From: Myxococcota bacterium
Lineage (GTDB): Bacteria; Myxococcota_A; UBA9160; SZUA-336
NCBI GenBank assembly: GCA_965247115.1
Contig: CBDFGR010000003.1
Coordinates: forward strand, 384,001-448,000
DNA length: 64,000 nucleotides
Direction: 5' to 3'
The notes below the pieces were generated by a model, which made no database searches, was not told where the DNA came from, and saw nothing but the letters and a program-made list of their open reading frames with translations. This document shows, piece after piece, positions 51,273 through 61,452 of this stretch (within the stretch, counting starts at the first letter, position 1; every line of letters begins with the position of its first letter). Position numbers and translations under genes: made by a program.

Positions 51273-53297
51273 GTGAGGTGCTCGAGACTCCTGCTTCGAG
51301 TCGGGCTGGGGATGGTGGGGGGAGCCCTGCTTCCCGCCTGCAGCAACGACCCCTATCCGGGCGACGACGCGAGTCGCAAGGTGCTCTATCGGAGCTTCCG
51401 GGAGGCTCCCAGGACGCTCGACCCCGCTGTGGCCTACACCACCGTGTCCCACGCGGTGACGGCGAACATCTACGAAACGCTGCTCGAGTACCACTACCTC
51501 AAGCGACCGTACGAGCTGATCGCGGGACTCGCGCAGCACGTGCCAGGCCCGCGGGCTCTGTCGGACGGACGGGTGGCGTATCGCTTCGAGCTCCGGCCCG
51601 GCCTCCTGTACCAGGACGATCCGTGCTTCGAGCACTTCGGCGGCGACTCGACGCGCGAGGTGGTCGCGGAGGACTTCGCCTTCGAGCTCGCGCGCATTGC
51701 GGATCCCGCGGTGAACAGTCCGGTGACCGAGCCGTTCTCGAACCTGGTGGGCTTCCGGGAGTTCTCCGCGCGTCTTCTGGAGCTGCGCGCGGACGATCCG
51801 GGCTTTGCGGAGCTGAGCCCGCGCGAGCAGTACGCCAGGGCGGGACCCATCGAGGGCGTGCGCGTGATCGGCCCGGGTGAGCTCGAGATCGTGCTGATCG
51901 CTCCGTACCCTCAGATCCTGTACTGGTTCACCATGCCGTTCACGGCGCCTGTGCCGTGGGAGGCCGTCGAGTTCTACGACGGAAGCGACGGGCGGCCGCG
52001 CTTCTCCGACCATCCCGTGGGCGCGGGACCCTACTGGATGAGCCAGTACAACAAGCAGTTCCGGATGGTGCTGGAGCGCAACCCGAACTGGTACGGGGTC
52101 CAGCATCCGGAGTGGCGCGCGCCCGGCGCGACGTATCCGACGGAGGGCGAGCCCGAGGACGCGGCAGCCGGCCGCCTGGATCCGGCCTTCGTCGGACGGC
52201 CGCTGCCAGAGATCGAACGCATCGAGTTCCAGCGCGAGAAGGAGCCGATCCCGACGTTTACCAAGTTCTTTCAGGGCTACTACGACGCCTCGCAGATCAT
52301 TCGCGAGAGCTTCGACCGCGTGATCCACGAGGACGGCCTGTCGGCGGAGATGGAAACGCTCGGGATCCGGCTGGAGAAGACGGTGACGCTTGGCATCTCG
52401 TACATCGGCTTCAACATGGACGATCCCGTCGTGGGTTCAGCCGCAGGGGAGCGCGGGCGCGTGCTGCGCCAGGCGATGAGCCTTGTCATCGACACAGAGG
52501 AGTACACGAGGCTCTTCACGAACAACCGCGGCCTCCCGGCGCAGTCGCCACTCCCGCCTGGGCTTTACGGCTACGAGGAGAGCTATCGCAATCCGCACCG
52601 GCGCGTGGATGTGAAGCGGGCGAAAGAGCAGCTGCGCGCAGCCGGGTACGCAGGCGGCATCGACCCGGAGACCGGCGAGCCGCTTCGCCTGACCTTCGAC
52701 TCCTCCGACACCTCCGCGCAGGGGCTGCTGCGCTACCAGTTCTTCGTCGACGCCTGGCGACAGCTCGGGCTGGACGTGGTCGTTGCGGCGACGAACTACA
52801 ACCAGTTCCAGGAGAAGATGCGGAACGGCTCCTATCAGCTCTTCATGTGGGGTTGGGTCGCCGACTATCCCGACCCCGAGAACTTCATGTTCCTGCTCTG
52901 GTCGGAGATGGCACGCTCGAAAGGCGGCGGGCCAAACAGCGCGAACTTCTCCGATCCCGAGTTCGACGCGCTATTCCTGGAGATGAAGGCGCGCGATAAC
53001 GACAGCGAGCGTCTGGCTCTGATCCGGGAGATGCGGCAGATCCTGGAGTACGAGCGGCCCTGGATCGAGCTGATACACCCGGAGAGCTACGTACTGCGCC
53101 ACAGCTGGTTTCACAACGTGAAGCCGGCCGGCCTATCGAGCCCCTCCGTCAAGTACAACGACCTGGATCCGGAGCTGCGAGCGGAGCTGCGCGACAGCTG
53201 GAACCAGCCGGTGGTCTGGCCGCTCTACGCACTGCTCGGCCTCGGCTGCGTCGTCACGATCCCGGGAATCGTGACCTTCTTCCGGGAGCGGCAGTAG
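51273..53297 (+). CDS. Peptide/nickel ABC transporter substrate-binding lipoprotein (family 5)
   Basis: LPAC lipobox, PRTLDPA, IYETLLEYHYLKRPY, GWVADYPDPENF. Confidence 0.9.
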   Translation: MRCSRLLLRVGLGMVGGALLPACSNDPYPGDDASRKVLYRSFREAPRTLDPAVAYTTVSHAVTANIYETLLEYHYLKRPYELIAGLAQHVPGPRALSDGRVAYRFELRPGLLYQDDPCFEHFGGDSTREVVAEDFAFELARIADPAVNSPVTEPFSNLVGFREFSARLLELRADDPGFAELSPREQYARAGPIEGVRVIGPGELEIVLIAPYPQILYWFTMPFTAPVPWEAVEFYDGSDGRPRFSDHPVGAGPYWMSQYNKQFRMVLERNPNWYGVQHPEWRAPGATYPTEGEPEDAAAGRLDPAFVGRPLPEIERIEFQREKEPIPTFTKFFQGYYDASQIIRESFDRVIHEDGLSAEMETLGIRLEKTVTLGISYIGFNMDDPVVGSAAGERGRVLRQAMSLVIDTEEYTRLFTNNRGLPAQSPLPPGLYGYEESYRNPHRRVDVKRAKEQLRAAGYAGGIDPETGEPLRLTFDSSDTSAQGLLRYQFFVDAWRQLGLDVVVAATNYNQFQEKMRNGSYQLFMWGWVADYPDPENFMFLLWSEMARSKGGGPNSANFSDPEFDALFLEMKARDNDSERLALIREMRQILEYERPWIELIHPESYVLRHSWFHNVKPAGLSSPSVKYNDLDPELRAELRDSWNQPVVWPLYALLGLGCVVTIPGIVTFFRERQ

Positions 53298-54253
53298 TGC
53301 TGGCCTACATCACGCGTCGCCTCGCGTACGGGGTGGTCGTCGTGTTCGGCGTGCTCGCCTTCCTGTTCGTGCTGTTCTTTACGGTGACCGACCCGGACGA
53401 CATCGCCCGTCGCGCGCTGGGCGAGAAGGCGCTGCCGGACGTGATCGAGCAGTGGAAGGTCAACCACGGCTACGACCGGCCCAAGTGGTCCTGGCAAAGC
53501 CCGCGCGAGAGCCTGCTCTACGACCACTTTCGCCGCATGCTGACCTTCCAGTTCGGCAAGAGCGACGCGGACGACACGCTGATCGCGGACCGGATCCGCG
53601 AGGGGATCGGCCCGAGCCTCTCACTCACCGTCCCCATGTTCGTGCTGGGGCTGGTGCTGGGGATCCTGCTGTCGCTGTTCGTCGCCTTCTTCCGCGAGAC
53701 CTACATCGACCGCATGGGCGTGTTCCTCAGCGTGCTCGCCATGAGCATCTCGATCCTGCTCTACATCATCGGGGCGCAGTACTTGATCGGGAAGCTGCTG
53801 CGCTGGTTCCCGATCTCGGGCTTCGACCCCAGTGTCGCCGGGCGCTTCCTCGCCCTGCCCGTACTGGTCGGCGTGCTGTCTGCCTTCGGAAGCAACGTCC
53901 GCTTCTACCGCACGGTCTTCCTGGAGGAGACCCATCGGGACTACGTGCGTACGGCGCGGGCCAAGGGCTGTGGAGAAGCGCGCACCATGATCGGACATGT
54001 GCTCCGGAACGCGCTGATCCCGATCCTGACGAACGTAGTCGTCGCCATTCCCTTCCTCCTGACGGGCTCACTCTTGCTCGAGTCGTTCTTCGGTATCCCG
54101 GGACTCGGGTCGGTGACCGTCGACGCGATCAACGGCAATGACTTTGCAACGCTTCGGACCATGGTCTACTTCGGGTCGCTGCTCTTCGTCCTGGGCCAGA
54201 TTCTGACCGACGTGAGCTACTCGGTCGTGGATCCGCGCGTGCGGTTGGAGTAG
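53297..54253 (+). CDS. ABC permease (OppB/DppB-like)
   Basis: DYVRTARAKG, HVLRNALIP, ESFFGIPGLG, DPRVR. Confidence 0.92.
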   Translation: MLAYITRRLAYGVVVVFGVLAFLFVLFFTVTDPDDIARRALGEKALPDVIEQWKVNHGYDRPKWSWQSPRESLLYDHFRRMLTFQFGKSDADDTLIADRIREGIGPSLSLTVPMFVLGLVLGILLSLFVAFFRETYIDRMGVFLSVLAMSISILLYIIGAQYLIGKLLRWFPISGFDPSVAGRFLALPVLVGVLSAFGSNVRFYRTVFLEETHRDYVRTARAKGCGEARTMIGHVLRNALIPILTNVVVAIPFLLTGSLLLESFFGIPGLGSVTVDAINGNDFATLRTMVYFGSLLFVLGQILTDVSYSVVDPRVRLE

Positions 54254-54256
54254 GCG

Positions 54257-55279
54257 GTGGAGCCGTGGGTCGTATCGAACGTGGTCGCGACCATCCTCCT
54301 GGGGGCGGGCATGGGGCTCGGCGCGCTCATCTCGCGGAACGCCCTGTGGCGCGAGACGGCGCGGGAGCTGTGGCGGCGCCGGCCGCTGGCGCTCGCCTTC
54401 ATCGCGCTCTACGCGAGCGTCGCCATGCTGGACTCCATCGCATGGCGGAGCAGCTCCGGGTCCGACGCCGACCTGGTGGCAGCGCACCAGGCCCGCAGCG
54501 TCATCGATCGCGCGTTCGCGGATACGCGGGAGCGCAGCTACTCGGCTCCGCTCGCCCAGGCAGAGTTCTATGACGCGACACCCCTGCGCTATGCGGGCCG
54601 GCACCCGCTCGGAACAGACATCCTGGGACGTGACGTGCTCTACCTGACGATGAAAGGGGCGCGCGTAGCGCTGCTGATCGGTGGGCTTACGAGCTTGATC
54701 GCGATCCCTCTGGCGCTACTCCTCGGTGTGTCGGCCGGGTACTTCGGGCGGCGGACCGACGACGTTGTCTTCTTCCTGATCTCCACGCTGGCTTCCATGC
54801 CCTCGCTCCTGCTCCTGATCGCGCTCATCATGGCGTTTGGACGCGGAACGCTCTCCGTCTGCCTGGCGCTGGGAGTCACGAGCTGGGTGGGGTTCAGTCG
54901 CATCTCGCGCGGGGAGACGCTCAAGCTGCGCGAGATGGACTACGTGAAGGCCGCACGTGCGCTCGGAGTGTCGGAGTGGCGCATCATCCTGCGCCACATC
55001 CTGCCGAACCTGGCGCACCTAATCGTGATCACGTTCGTGTTGATGTTCTCGGGCCTCGTGCTGTCCGAGGCCATCCTGTCCTGGCTCGGCATCGGCGTGG
55101 ACGGCAGCTGGGGACAGATGATCGACCAGGCGCGCGACGAGCTGTCGCGCGATCCCGTGATCTGGTGGAATATCGCTGCCGCCGGCACGGCGCTCTTTGG
55201 CCTGCTCCTCGCCGTGAACTTCGTGGGGGACGCCGTTCGCGACATCCTGGATCCCCACACGCTGCGGGAGAACCTGTGA
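54257..55279 (+). CDS. ABC permease (OppC/DppC-like)
   Basis: HPLGTDILGRD, YVKAARALG, RHILPN. Confidence 0.92.
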   Translation: MEPWVVSNVVATILLGAGMGLGALISRNALWRETARELWRRRPLALAFIALYASVAMLDSIAWRSSSGSDADLVAAHQARSVIDRAFADTRERSYSAPLAQAEFYDATPLRYAGRHPLGTDILGRDVLYLTMKGARVALLIGGLTSLIAIPLALLLGVSAGYFGRRTDDVVFFLISTLASMPSLLLLIALIMAFGRGTLSVCLALGVTSWVGFSRISRGETLKLREMDYVKAARALGVSEWRIILRHILPNLAHLIVITFVLMFSGLVLSEAILSWLGIGVDGSWGQMIDQARDELSRDPVIWWNIAAAGTALFGLLLAVNFVGDAVRDILDPHTLRENL

Positions 55280-56253
55280 CGTCGCTGCTCGACGTGGGCG
55301 ACCTCCACACGAGCTTCCCGATGGGCTCCGGCCGCGCCCCCGTGGTGAAGGGTGTGGATCTCCGGATCGAGCGCGGCGAGGTGCTGGCCCTGGTGGGCGA
55401 GTCGGGCTGCGGCAAGTCCGTGACTGCGCTCTCGATCCTCCGGCTCGTTCCCAAGCCCGGCCGGATCGATTCCGGACACGTGAAGTTCGGCGGGCGGGAC
55501 CTGCTGACGCTGTCCGTACCAGACATGCGTCACGTGCGCGGCCACGCGATCTCCATGATCTTCCAGGAGCCGATGACCAGCCTGAATCCCGTCGTTCCCG
55601 TGGGTAAGCAGGTGGTCGAGGCAATCCGACTGCACAGCGCGGTCTCCGCGCGCGAGGCGCGAAAGCAAACGCTGGAGCTGTTCGAGCGCGCGGGGATTCC
55701 CGACCCCGGCCAGCGCATCGACGCGTACCCCCACCAGCTCTCCGGCGGCATGAAGCAGCGCGTGATGATCGCGATGGCCCTGGCGTCCGAGCCGGAGCTA
55801 TTGATCGCGGATGAGCCCACGACCGCGCTCGACGTCACGATCCAGGCACAGATCCTGGAGCGCCTGCGAGAGCTCCGCGATCAGCTCGACATGGCAATCC
55901 TGCTGATCACGCACGACCTCGGCATCGTGAACGAGCTCGCGGACCGGGTGGCAGTGATGTACGCGGGCCGAATCGTCGAGGAGGGCACGCGGGAGGAGGT
56001 GCTGGGTGGCGGGCGCCACCCCTACACCGAGGGCTTGCTGCGCTCGATCCCCAGCAGGGGTCGGGCCGGCGAACGACTCGCCGAGATTCCTGGGGTCGTG
56101 CCCTCGCCCGACCAGTGGCCCGCTGGTTGCCCCTTCGCGCCGCGCTGCGCGCGTGTCCTCTCCCGTTGCGAAGAGCTGGATCCGGAGCCGCGCTCGTTCT
56201 CCGCGACGCACTGGGCGCGTTGCCACGCCCTGGTCGGGGAGCCGCCGGCGTGA
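55276..56253 (+). CDS. ABC ATPase (OppD/DppD-like)
   Basis: GESGCGKS, YPHQLSGGMKQR, ADEPTTALD; GTG 55276. Confidence 0.92.
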   Translation: MTSLLDVGDLHTSFPMGSGRAPVVKGVDLRIERGEVLALVGESGCGKSVTALSILRLVPKPGRIDSGHVKFGGRDLLTLSVPDMRHVRGHAISMIFQEPMTSLNPVVPVGKQVVEAIRLHSAVSAREARKQTLELFERAGIPDPGQRIDAYPHQLSGGMKQRVMIAMALASEPELLIADEPTTALDVTIQAQILERLRELRDQLDMAILLITHDLGIVNELADRVAVMYAGRIVEEGTREEVLGGGRHPYTEGLLRSIPSRGRAGERLAEIPGVVPSPDQWPAGCPFAPRCARVLSRCEELDPEPRSFSATHWARCHALVGEPPA

Positions 56254-57245
56254 GGGACACAGCAGGAGGGCCGCTGCTGCGTGTCGAGGGCTTGCGGACC
56301 TGGTTCCCCGTGCGGGCCGGACTGCTGCAGCGGCCCGTGGCCTGGGTACGGGCCGTGGATGGCGTCGATCTCGACGTGCCCGAAGGCCGAACGCTCGCGC
56401 TCGTGGGTGAATCGGGCTGCGGCAAGACGACCGTCGGCCTGTCGATCCTGCGGCTCCTCGAGCCGCAAGCGGGGCAGGTCTGGTTCGAGGGACATGACCT
56501 GCTGCGGCTGAGTAGCGCCGCGCTGCGGCCGCACCGACGGCGCATCCAGATCGTGTTCCAGGATCCCTTCGCGTCGTTAAACCCACGCCTGCGCGTCCGC
56601 GATGCGATCGCCGAGGGCATGACTGCGTTTGGCATCGGAGACTCGGAGTCCGAACGCAGCGACCGCGTGGCAGAGCTCATGGAGCGCGTCAAGCTGGACC
56701 CCGCCCAGATGGGGAGGTATCCGCACGAGTTCTCCGGCGGACAGCGGCAGCGCGTCTGCATCGCGCGCGCGCTGGCCGTGGAGCCGCGCCTGCTCGTCTG
56801 CGACGAGGCGGTCTCCGCGCTCGACGTCTCGATCCAGGCACAGATCCTGAACCTGCTCCGCGACCTGCAGCAGGAGCTCGGGCTCGCGTACCTGTTCATC
56901 ACCCACGACCTGGGCGTGGTGCGCTACCTGGCCGATCGCGTCGCGGTCATGTACCTGGGCCAGATCGTGGAGGAGCGACCGACGGAGCAGCTGTTCCAGG
57001 ACCCGCAGCATCCGTACACGCGCGGGCTGCTGGCAGCGGTCCCGTCCGTCGACCCGGCGCGCCGAACCGTGGCCGTGCGCGTTCGCGGCGACGTGCCCTC
57101 GCCCATGCACCCGCCGCCAGGCTGCCGCTTCCACACGCGCTGCGAGGAGGCGTTCGCGCGTTGCGCGGAAGAGGCGCCCGTACCCTTCCCGCTGCGCGAG
57201 GGCGCGTGCCGCTGCTTCCTCGCCGAGTCGGGCGACGCGGCCTGA
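56250..57245 (+). CDS. ABC ATPase (OppF/DppF-like)
   Basis: GESGCGKT, YPHEFSGGQRQR, CDEAVSALD, GCRFHTRC; GTG 56250. Confidence 0.92.
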   Translation: MRDTAGGPLLRVEGLRTWFPVRAGLLQRPVAWVRAVDGVDLDVPEGRTLALVGESGCGKTTVGLSILRLLEPQAGQVWFEGHDLLRLSSAALRPHRRRIQIVFQDPFASLNPRLRVRDAIAEGMTAFGIGDSESERSDRVAELMERVKLDPAQMGRYPHEFSGGQRQRVCIARALAVEPRLLVCDEAVSALDVSIQAQILNLLRDLQQELGLAYLFITHDLGVVRYLADRVAVMYLGQIVEERPTEQLFQDPQHPYTRGLLAAVPSVDPARRTVAVRVRGDVPSPMHPPPGCRFHTRCEEAFARCAEEAPVPFPLREGACRCFLAESGDAA

Positions 57246-57318
57246 GGAGATCTGCGGTGGCCGGGGCAGAGATGCGACAATCGCTCCGTGGAGCTGCGGC
57301 GAATGAAGGGGCACACAA

Positions 57319-58185
57319 GTGGCTGACTTCGGTCTGATCACCTTTGCAACCGACCAGACGATGCCGCCAGCCGAGCTGGCGCGCTGGGCGGAGGACTGCG
57401 GCTTCGAGTCGCTGTTCTACGCGGAGCACACGCACATCCCGACCAGCCGCAAGAGCCCGTGGGCCGGCGGTGGGAAGCTGCCCGAGTACTACAAGCGCGC
57501 GTACGATCCCTTCGTCGCCCTCGCCGCGGCCGCGACCGCAACCGAGCATCTGAAGCTGGGCACGGGCATCTGCCTTGTGACCGAGCACAACCCGATCACC
57601 CTGGCTAAGACCGCGGCGACGCTCGACTGCGTGTCGGAGGGGCGCCTGGTGCTCGGGATCGGCGCCGGCTGGAATGCGGAGGAGATGGAAGATCACGGCG
57701 TCGCTTTCAAGGATCGCTGGAAGATCACGCGGGAACGAGTCCTGGCCATGCGTGAGATGTGGACTGAGGAGGTGGCGGAATACCACGGGGAGTTCGTCGA
57801 CTTCGAGCCGCTCTGGTCCTGGCCGAAGCCCGTCCAGGAGGGCGGACCTCCGGTGCTGATGGGGGCGGCGTCGCGGTGGACGCCGGCGCGCGTGGTCGAG
57901 TACTGCGACGGCTGGTTCCCGATCGGCGCCCCGGCGGCGCTCAGACCGGTGGCGGAGGCGCTCCGCGTGGAGATGTCGCGCGCTGGCCGCCGGATGGACG
58001 AGCTCGAGCTCTCCGTGGGCACCCAGGGCGTGGTGGGACCGAACCCGTTCCCGGAGCCGCAGGAGATCGAGGAGCTGCTCGAGCTCGGCTTCACGCGGCT
58101 CGTCCTGCCCTTCAACCCGCGTCAGGCCGACCTGCAGCGGGAGCGTCTGCCGGACTACGTGCGCTACATCCGCCAGTTCCGCTGA
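57319..58185 (+). CDS. LLM-class (putatively F420-dependent) oxidoreductase
   Basis: GFESL..AEHTHIP, DPFVAL, GIGAGWN.EE, WPKPVQ. Confidence 0.88.
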   Translation: MADFGLITFATDQTMPPAELARWAEDCGFESLFYAEHTHIPTSRKSPWAGGGKLPEYYKRAYDPFVALAAAATATEHLKLGTGICLVTEHNPITLAKTAATLDCVSEGRLVLGIGAGWNAEEMEDHGVAFKDRWKITRERVLAMREMWTEEVAEYHGEFVDFEPLWSWPKPVQEGGPPVLMGAASRWTPARVVEYCDGWFPIGAPAALRPVAEALRVEMSRAGRRMDELELSVGTQGVVGPNPFPEPQEIEELLELGFTRLVLPFNPRQADLQRERLPDYVRYIRQFR

Positions 58186-58306
58186 AAGAAGAAGTCAAGA
58201 TTAAGGACCGTCCCCGGTCTTGACTTGCGGCAGGGGTCGGAAGCCGTTGTCCTGACCCGAGCCAGTGTCGTAGGATCGCGGGCAGAACAGCTGAAAGGAA
58301 GACGCG

Positions 58307-58786
58307 ATGGCGATCAAGGTCGGTGACAATGTTCCGGAGCTGAAGCTGCAGGTCGCGAAGTCTAGCGGCATCGAAGCCTCCTCGACGAAGGACCTCTTTG
58401 GTGGGAAGAAGGTCGTGCTCTTTGCCGTGCCTGGGGCCTTCACGCCGACGTGCTCGAACCAGCATCTCCCCGGCTTCATCGAGAAGGCTGCGGAGATTCG
58501 CGGCAAGGGCGTCGATGCGATCGTCTGCCTTGCGGTCAACGACGCATTCGTCATGGACGCCTGGGCCAAGGAGCGGGGCGCCGGCGACGTGGTCATGCTC
58601 GCCGACGGCAGCGGCGAGTTCACGCGCGCTGTCGGGCTCGAGCTGGACGCCAGCGGGTTCGGCATGGGCCTGCGGAGCCAGCGCTACGCGGCCATCATCG
58701 AGGACTGCGTCGTCACGTCGCTCCACGTCGAGGAGCCCCTGAAGGTCGAGGCGAGTAGCGCCGAGGCGATCCTGAAGCAGCTCTGA
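58307..58786 (+). CDS. Peroxiredoxin, Prx5 type
   Basis: VPGAFTPTCS..HLPGF, VNDAFVM, RSQRYA. Confidence 0.93.
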   Translation: MAIKVGDNVPELKLQVAKSSGIEASSTKDLFGGKKVVLFAVPGAFTPTCSNQHLPGFIEKAAEIRGKGVDAIVCLAVNDAFVMDAWAKERGAGDVVMLADGSGEFTRAVGLELDASGFGMGLRSQRYAAIIEDCVVTSLHVEEPLKVEASSAEAILKQL

Positions 58787-58791
58787 GCCGC

Positions 58792-59409
58792 ATGACCGCG
58801 ACGGAGCTCTGGCAGCGCAATCGTGACGTGGCGGACGCGTGTTTGAAGCATCCCTTCCTGCAGGGGATTGCGACGGGTGCGCTCGCGCGTCGGCGCTTCG
58901 AGGTGTACGTGGCGCAGGACGCGTACTTCCTGGAAGCGTTCACGCGTGCCTATGCGCTGGCGCTCGCCAAGAGTCCCGATCGCGAGGGGATCGAGTCGTT
59001 CCGCGAGCTGCTGAACGGCGTCTCGGAGGAGCTTGCCCTGCATCGCGGCTACGCAAAGCGCTGGGGGATCGACCTGCAGCCGGAGCCGCTCTCCTCGACC
59101 CAGGCCTACACGGACTTCTTGCTCTCCACCGCGTCGCTCGAGCCGGTTGCCCACACGGCTGCGGCCATGACCCCGTGCGCGCGGCTCTACGCCTGGCTCG
59201 GTCAGCAGCTCGCACCGGGTGTGGATCCGACGAGCCCGTATCGCGAGTGGGTGGAGACCTATTCGAGCTCCGAGGTGGATGCGCTTGCGGCGCGTCTCGA
59301 GACCCTGCTGGATCGCTACGGAGGGGACAAGGCGCGTGTCGAGGCGTTGTACCGGCGGGCGATGGAGCTGGAGCTCGCGTTCTTCCAGGGGGCCTGGGAC
59401 AGCGCGTGA
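58792..59409 (+). CDS. tenA: TenA family (thiaminase II) protein
   Basis: [30 protein letters not shown]. Confidence 0.85.
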   Translation: MTATELWQRNRDVADACLKHPFLQGIATGALARRRFEVYVAQDAYFLEAFTRAYALALAKSPDREGIESFRELLNGVSEELALHRGYAKRWGIDLQPEPLSSTQAYTDFLLSTASLEPVAHTAAAMTPCARLYAWLGQQLAPGVDPTSPYREWVETYSSSEVDALAARLETLLDRYGGDKARVEALYRRAMELELAFFQGAWDSA

Positions 59410-60185
59410 TCGCAGTGGCGCTGTCCATCGCCGGCTCGGACTCCGGTGGGGGCGCCGGCATCCAGGCCGATCTCAAGACGTTCCAGCGCTTCGGCGTGTA
59501 CGGCGCAAGCGCGCTGACGCTCGTCACGGCACAGAACACGGTCGGGGTGCGTGGGGTCCAGCTCGTGCGGCCCGAGCTCGTCGAGCAGCAGATCGCCGCC
59601 GTCGTGGAGGACATCGCGGTGGGAGCGACCAAGACGGGGGCCCTCGGCTCGGCGGAGCTCGTGGAGGTCGTGGCGCGCGCGATCGCGCAGCACGCCATCT
59701 CGCCCCTGGTCGTCGACCCCGTGATGATCTCGAAGCACGGCGATGCGTTGCTCGAAAAAGACGCCGTAGAGGCCCTGAAACGCTTCCTTTTCCCCCTCGC
59801 CACTCTGGTCACACCAAACCTGCACGAGGCCAGCGCTCTGCTTGGCGGCCCCGTGGAGAACGAGGCGCAGATGCGCGACGCGGCGCGGGAGCTCTGCCAG
59901 CTGGGGACCCGAGCCGTGCTCGTCAAGGGAGGCCACCTACCCGGGCCCGAAGCCGTGGACCTGCTCTACGACGGCGCCGAGTTCCTGCGGCTCGCGGCGC
60001 CGCGCGTGGAGACCCCCAACACCCACGGCACCGGTTGCACGTACGCGGCGGCGATCACCGCACTGCTCGCGCGCGGCGAGTCCATGGCTGCGGCAGCCCG
60101 CCAGGCCAAGGATTTCATCACCCGCGCCATCCAGAGCGCACCCGGTCTGGGCCATGGGCACGGACCGGTGAACCACCAGGCCTAG
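59406..60185 (+). CDS. thiD: Hydroxymethylpyrimidine/phosphomethylpyrimidine kinase
   Basis: [42 protein letters not shown] 59406. Confidence 0.95.
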   Translation: MIAVALSIAGSDSGGGAGIQADLKTFQRFGVYGASALTLVTAQNTVGVRGVQLVRPELVEQQIAAVVEDIAVGATKTGALGSAELVEVVARAIAQHAISPLVVDPVMISKHGDALLEKDAVEALKRFLFPLATLVTPNLHEASALLGGPVENEAQMRDAARELCQLGTRAVLVKGGHLPGPEAVDLLYDGAEFLRLAAPRVETPNTHGTGCTYAAAITALLARGESMAAAARQAKDFITRAIQSAPGLGHGHGPVNHQA

Positions 60186-60210
60186 CTCGAAAGGGCGATC
60201 CGGGATCGGG

Positions 60211-61293
60211 TTACCAGACCGCCTCCAGGATCTGCACGAGCTCAGCTTCCGTCGGACTGGCCCCAGGCGGCCCGAGGGACGCCACCTCGCGCGCGACGGC
60301 ACTCGCCACGAGCGGGATCTCTTCGCGCTTTGCCGGCGTGTCTCGCAGGCGCCGCGGCAAGCCAAGCTCTCGAATGAAGGCCTCGAGCCGTTCGGGTCCA
60401 CGCTCCGCGTCCACGCCCAGGACCTGCGCCGCCAGGGTCACCCCGCGCGGCGGACAGTCTCGGAGGAAGCGCATCACCTCTGGCAGCACGATGCACGACG
60501 TGATCCCGTGCGGCACGTTCCAGCGCGCGCCGATCTGATGCCCCAGCGGGTGGCTCAGCCGAACTCCAACGCTGGCCATCCCGAAGATCGATAACCAGGC
60601 GCCGACCTGGCAGCGAGCCCGGGATTCGAGGGCGGACGGGTCTGCCGAGGCCGGCAGGTGCTCGAGCAGATCGCGCAGGGCCGCCTCGGCGAGCACGTCA
60701 GTGACGGGATGCGGGCGCGCGGCCCACAGCGCCTCCAGTGCGTGATCCGCCGCCTTGACGCCCGTAGAGAGCCAGAGGGTCTGCGGCGTCTCGACGCTCA
60801 GCTCCGGATCCAGGATCACGCTGCGTGGCACCATGCGCGCATCTGCCAGCACATTCTTCACGCCCGTCGCTTCATCGGTGACGCCCGCCGCCGCTGTGAA
60901 TTCGCCAGCGGACAGGGTCGTCGGGAGTGCCACCTGTGGCAGGGGGTCTTCGCCGCGTCTCTCCGCGAGCCGCAACGCGACGACCTTGGCCGTGTCGATC
61001 ACGCTGCCACCGCCAAAGGCCACCACCAGGTCCGCCCCGCACGCCCTCGCACCCGCGGTCGCCTGCTCGACGCTTGCCTGGGGCGTGTGCTGCCGACACG
61101 CGGGAAAGGTCCCGGCGCGGAGCTCGCCCAGCACGCGCTCCACACGGCGCAGGCTCGCGCTCGCTTGCAGGCTGCGCGTGGTCAACACGTAAGCGTGTCG
61201 GGCGCCGACCGCCTCGACCTCGCTCCGCAGGGCCTCCAGGGAACAGAAGCCGGAGTGGACCTTGCGCGGCGTCACATAGCGGTAGGTCTGCAC
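60211..61293 (-). CDS. Iron-containing alcohol dehydrogenase family (maleylacetate reductase-like)
   Basis: GGGSVIDTAK, PTTLSAGE, H..GH..G....PHG. Confidence 0.88.
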   Translation of the reverse strand: MQTYRYVTPRKVHSGFCSLEALRSEVEAVGARHAYVLTTRSLQASASLRRVERVLGELRAGTFPACRQHTPQASVEQATAGARACGADLVVAFGGGSVIDTAKVVALRLAERRGEDPLPQVALPTTLSAGEFTAAAGVTDEATGVKNVLADARMVPRSVILDPELSVETPQTLWLSTGVKAADHALEALWAARPHPVTDVLAEAALRDLLEHLPASADPSALESRARCQVGAWLSIFGMASVGVRLSHPLGHQIGARWNVPHGITSCIVLPEVMRFLRDCPPRGVTLAAQVLGVDAERGPERLEAFIRELGLPRRLRDTPAKREEIPLVASAVAREVASLGPPGASPTEAELVQILEAVW

Positions 61294-61452
61294 GTGTCCT
61301 CCTATTTCGCTCTTCCTGGCTCGCGAAGACGTCTGCTACCATGGCATATGAGCTTCAAGACCGGAAAGACCGCGGGCTCCCCTGCAGGTGATCTGGTTCA
61401 CAGCGAGCGCCAGAGAGCGCGACTACGCTCGGCTCCCAAACAGGAGGTCTGT

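Noticed and set aside
58307..58786. Second selenoprotein (peroxiredoxin)
   Set aside because: The peroxidatic residue is TGC (Cys); no in-frame UGA
58787..59406. TPP riboswitch before tenA-thiD
   Set aside because: Only 5 nt separate tenA from the peroxiredoxin gene and no riboswitch core was found upstream
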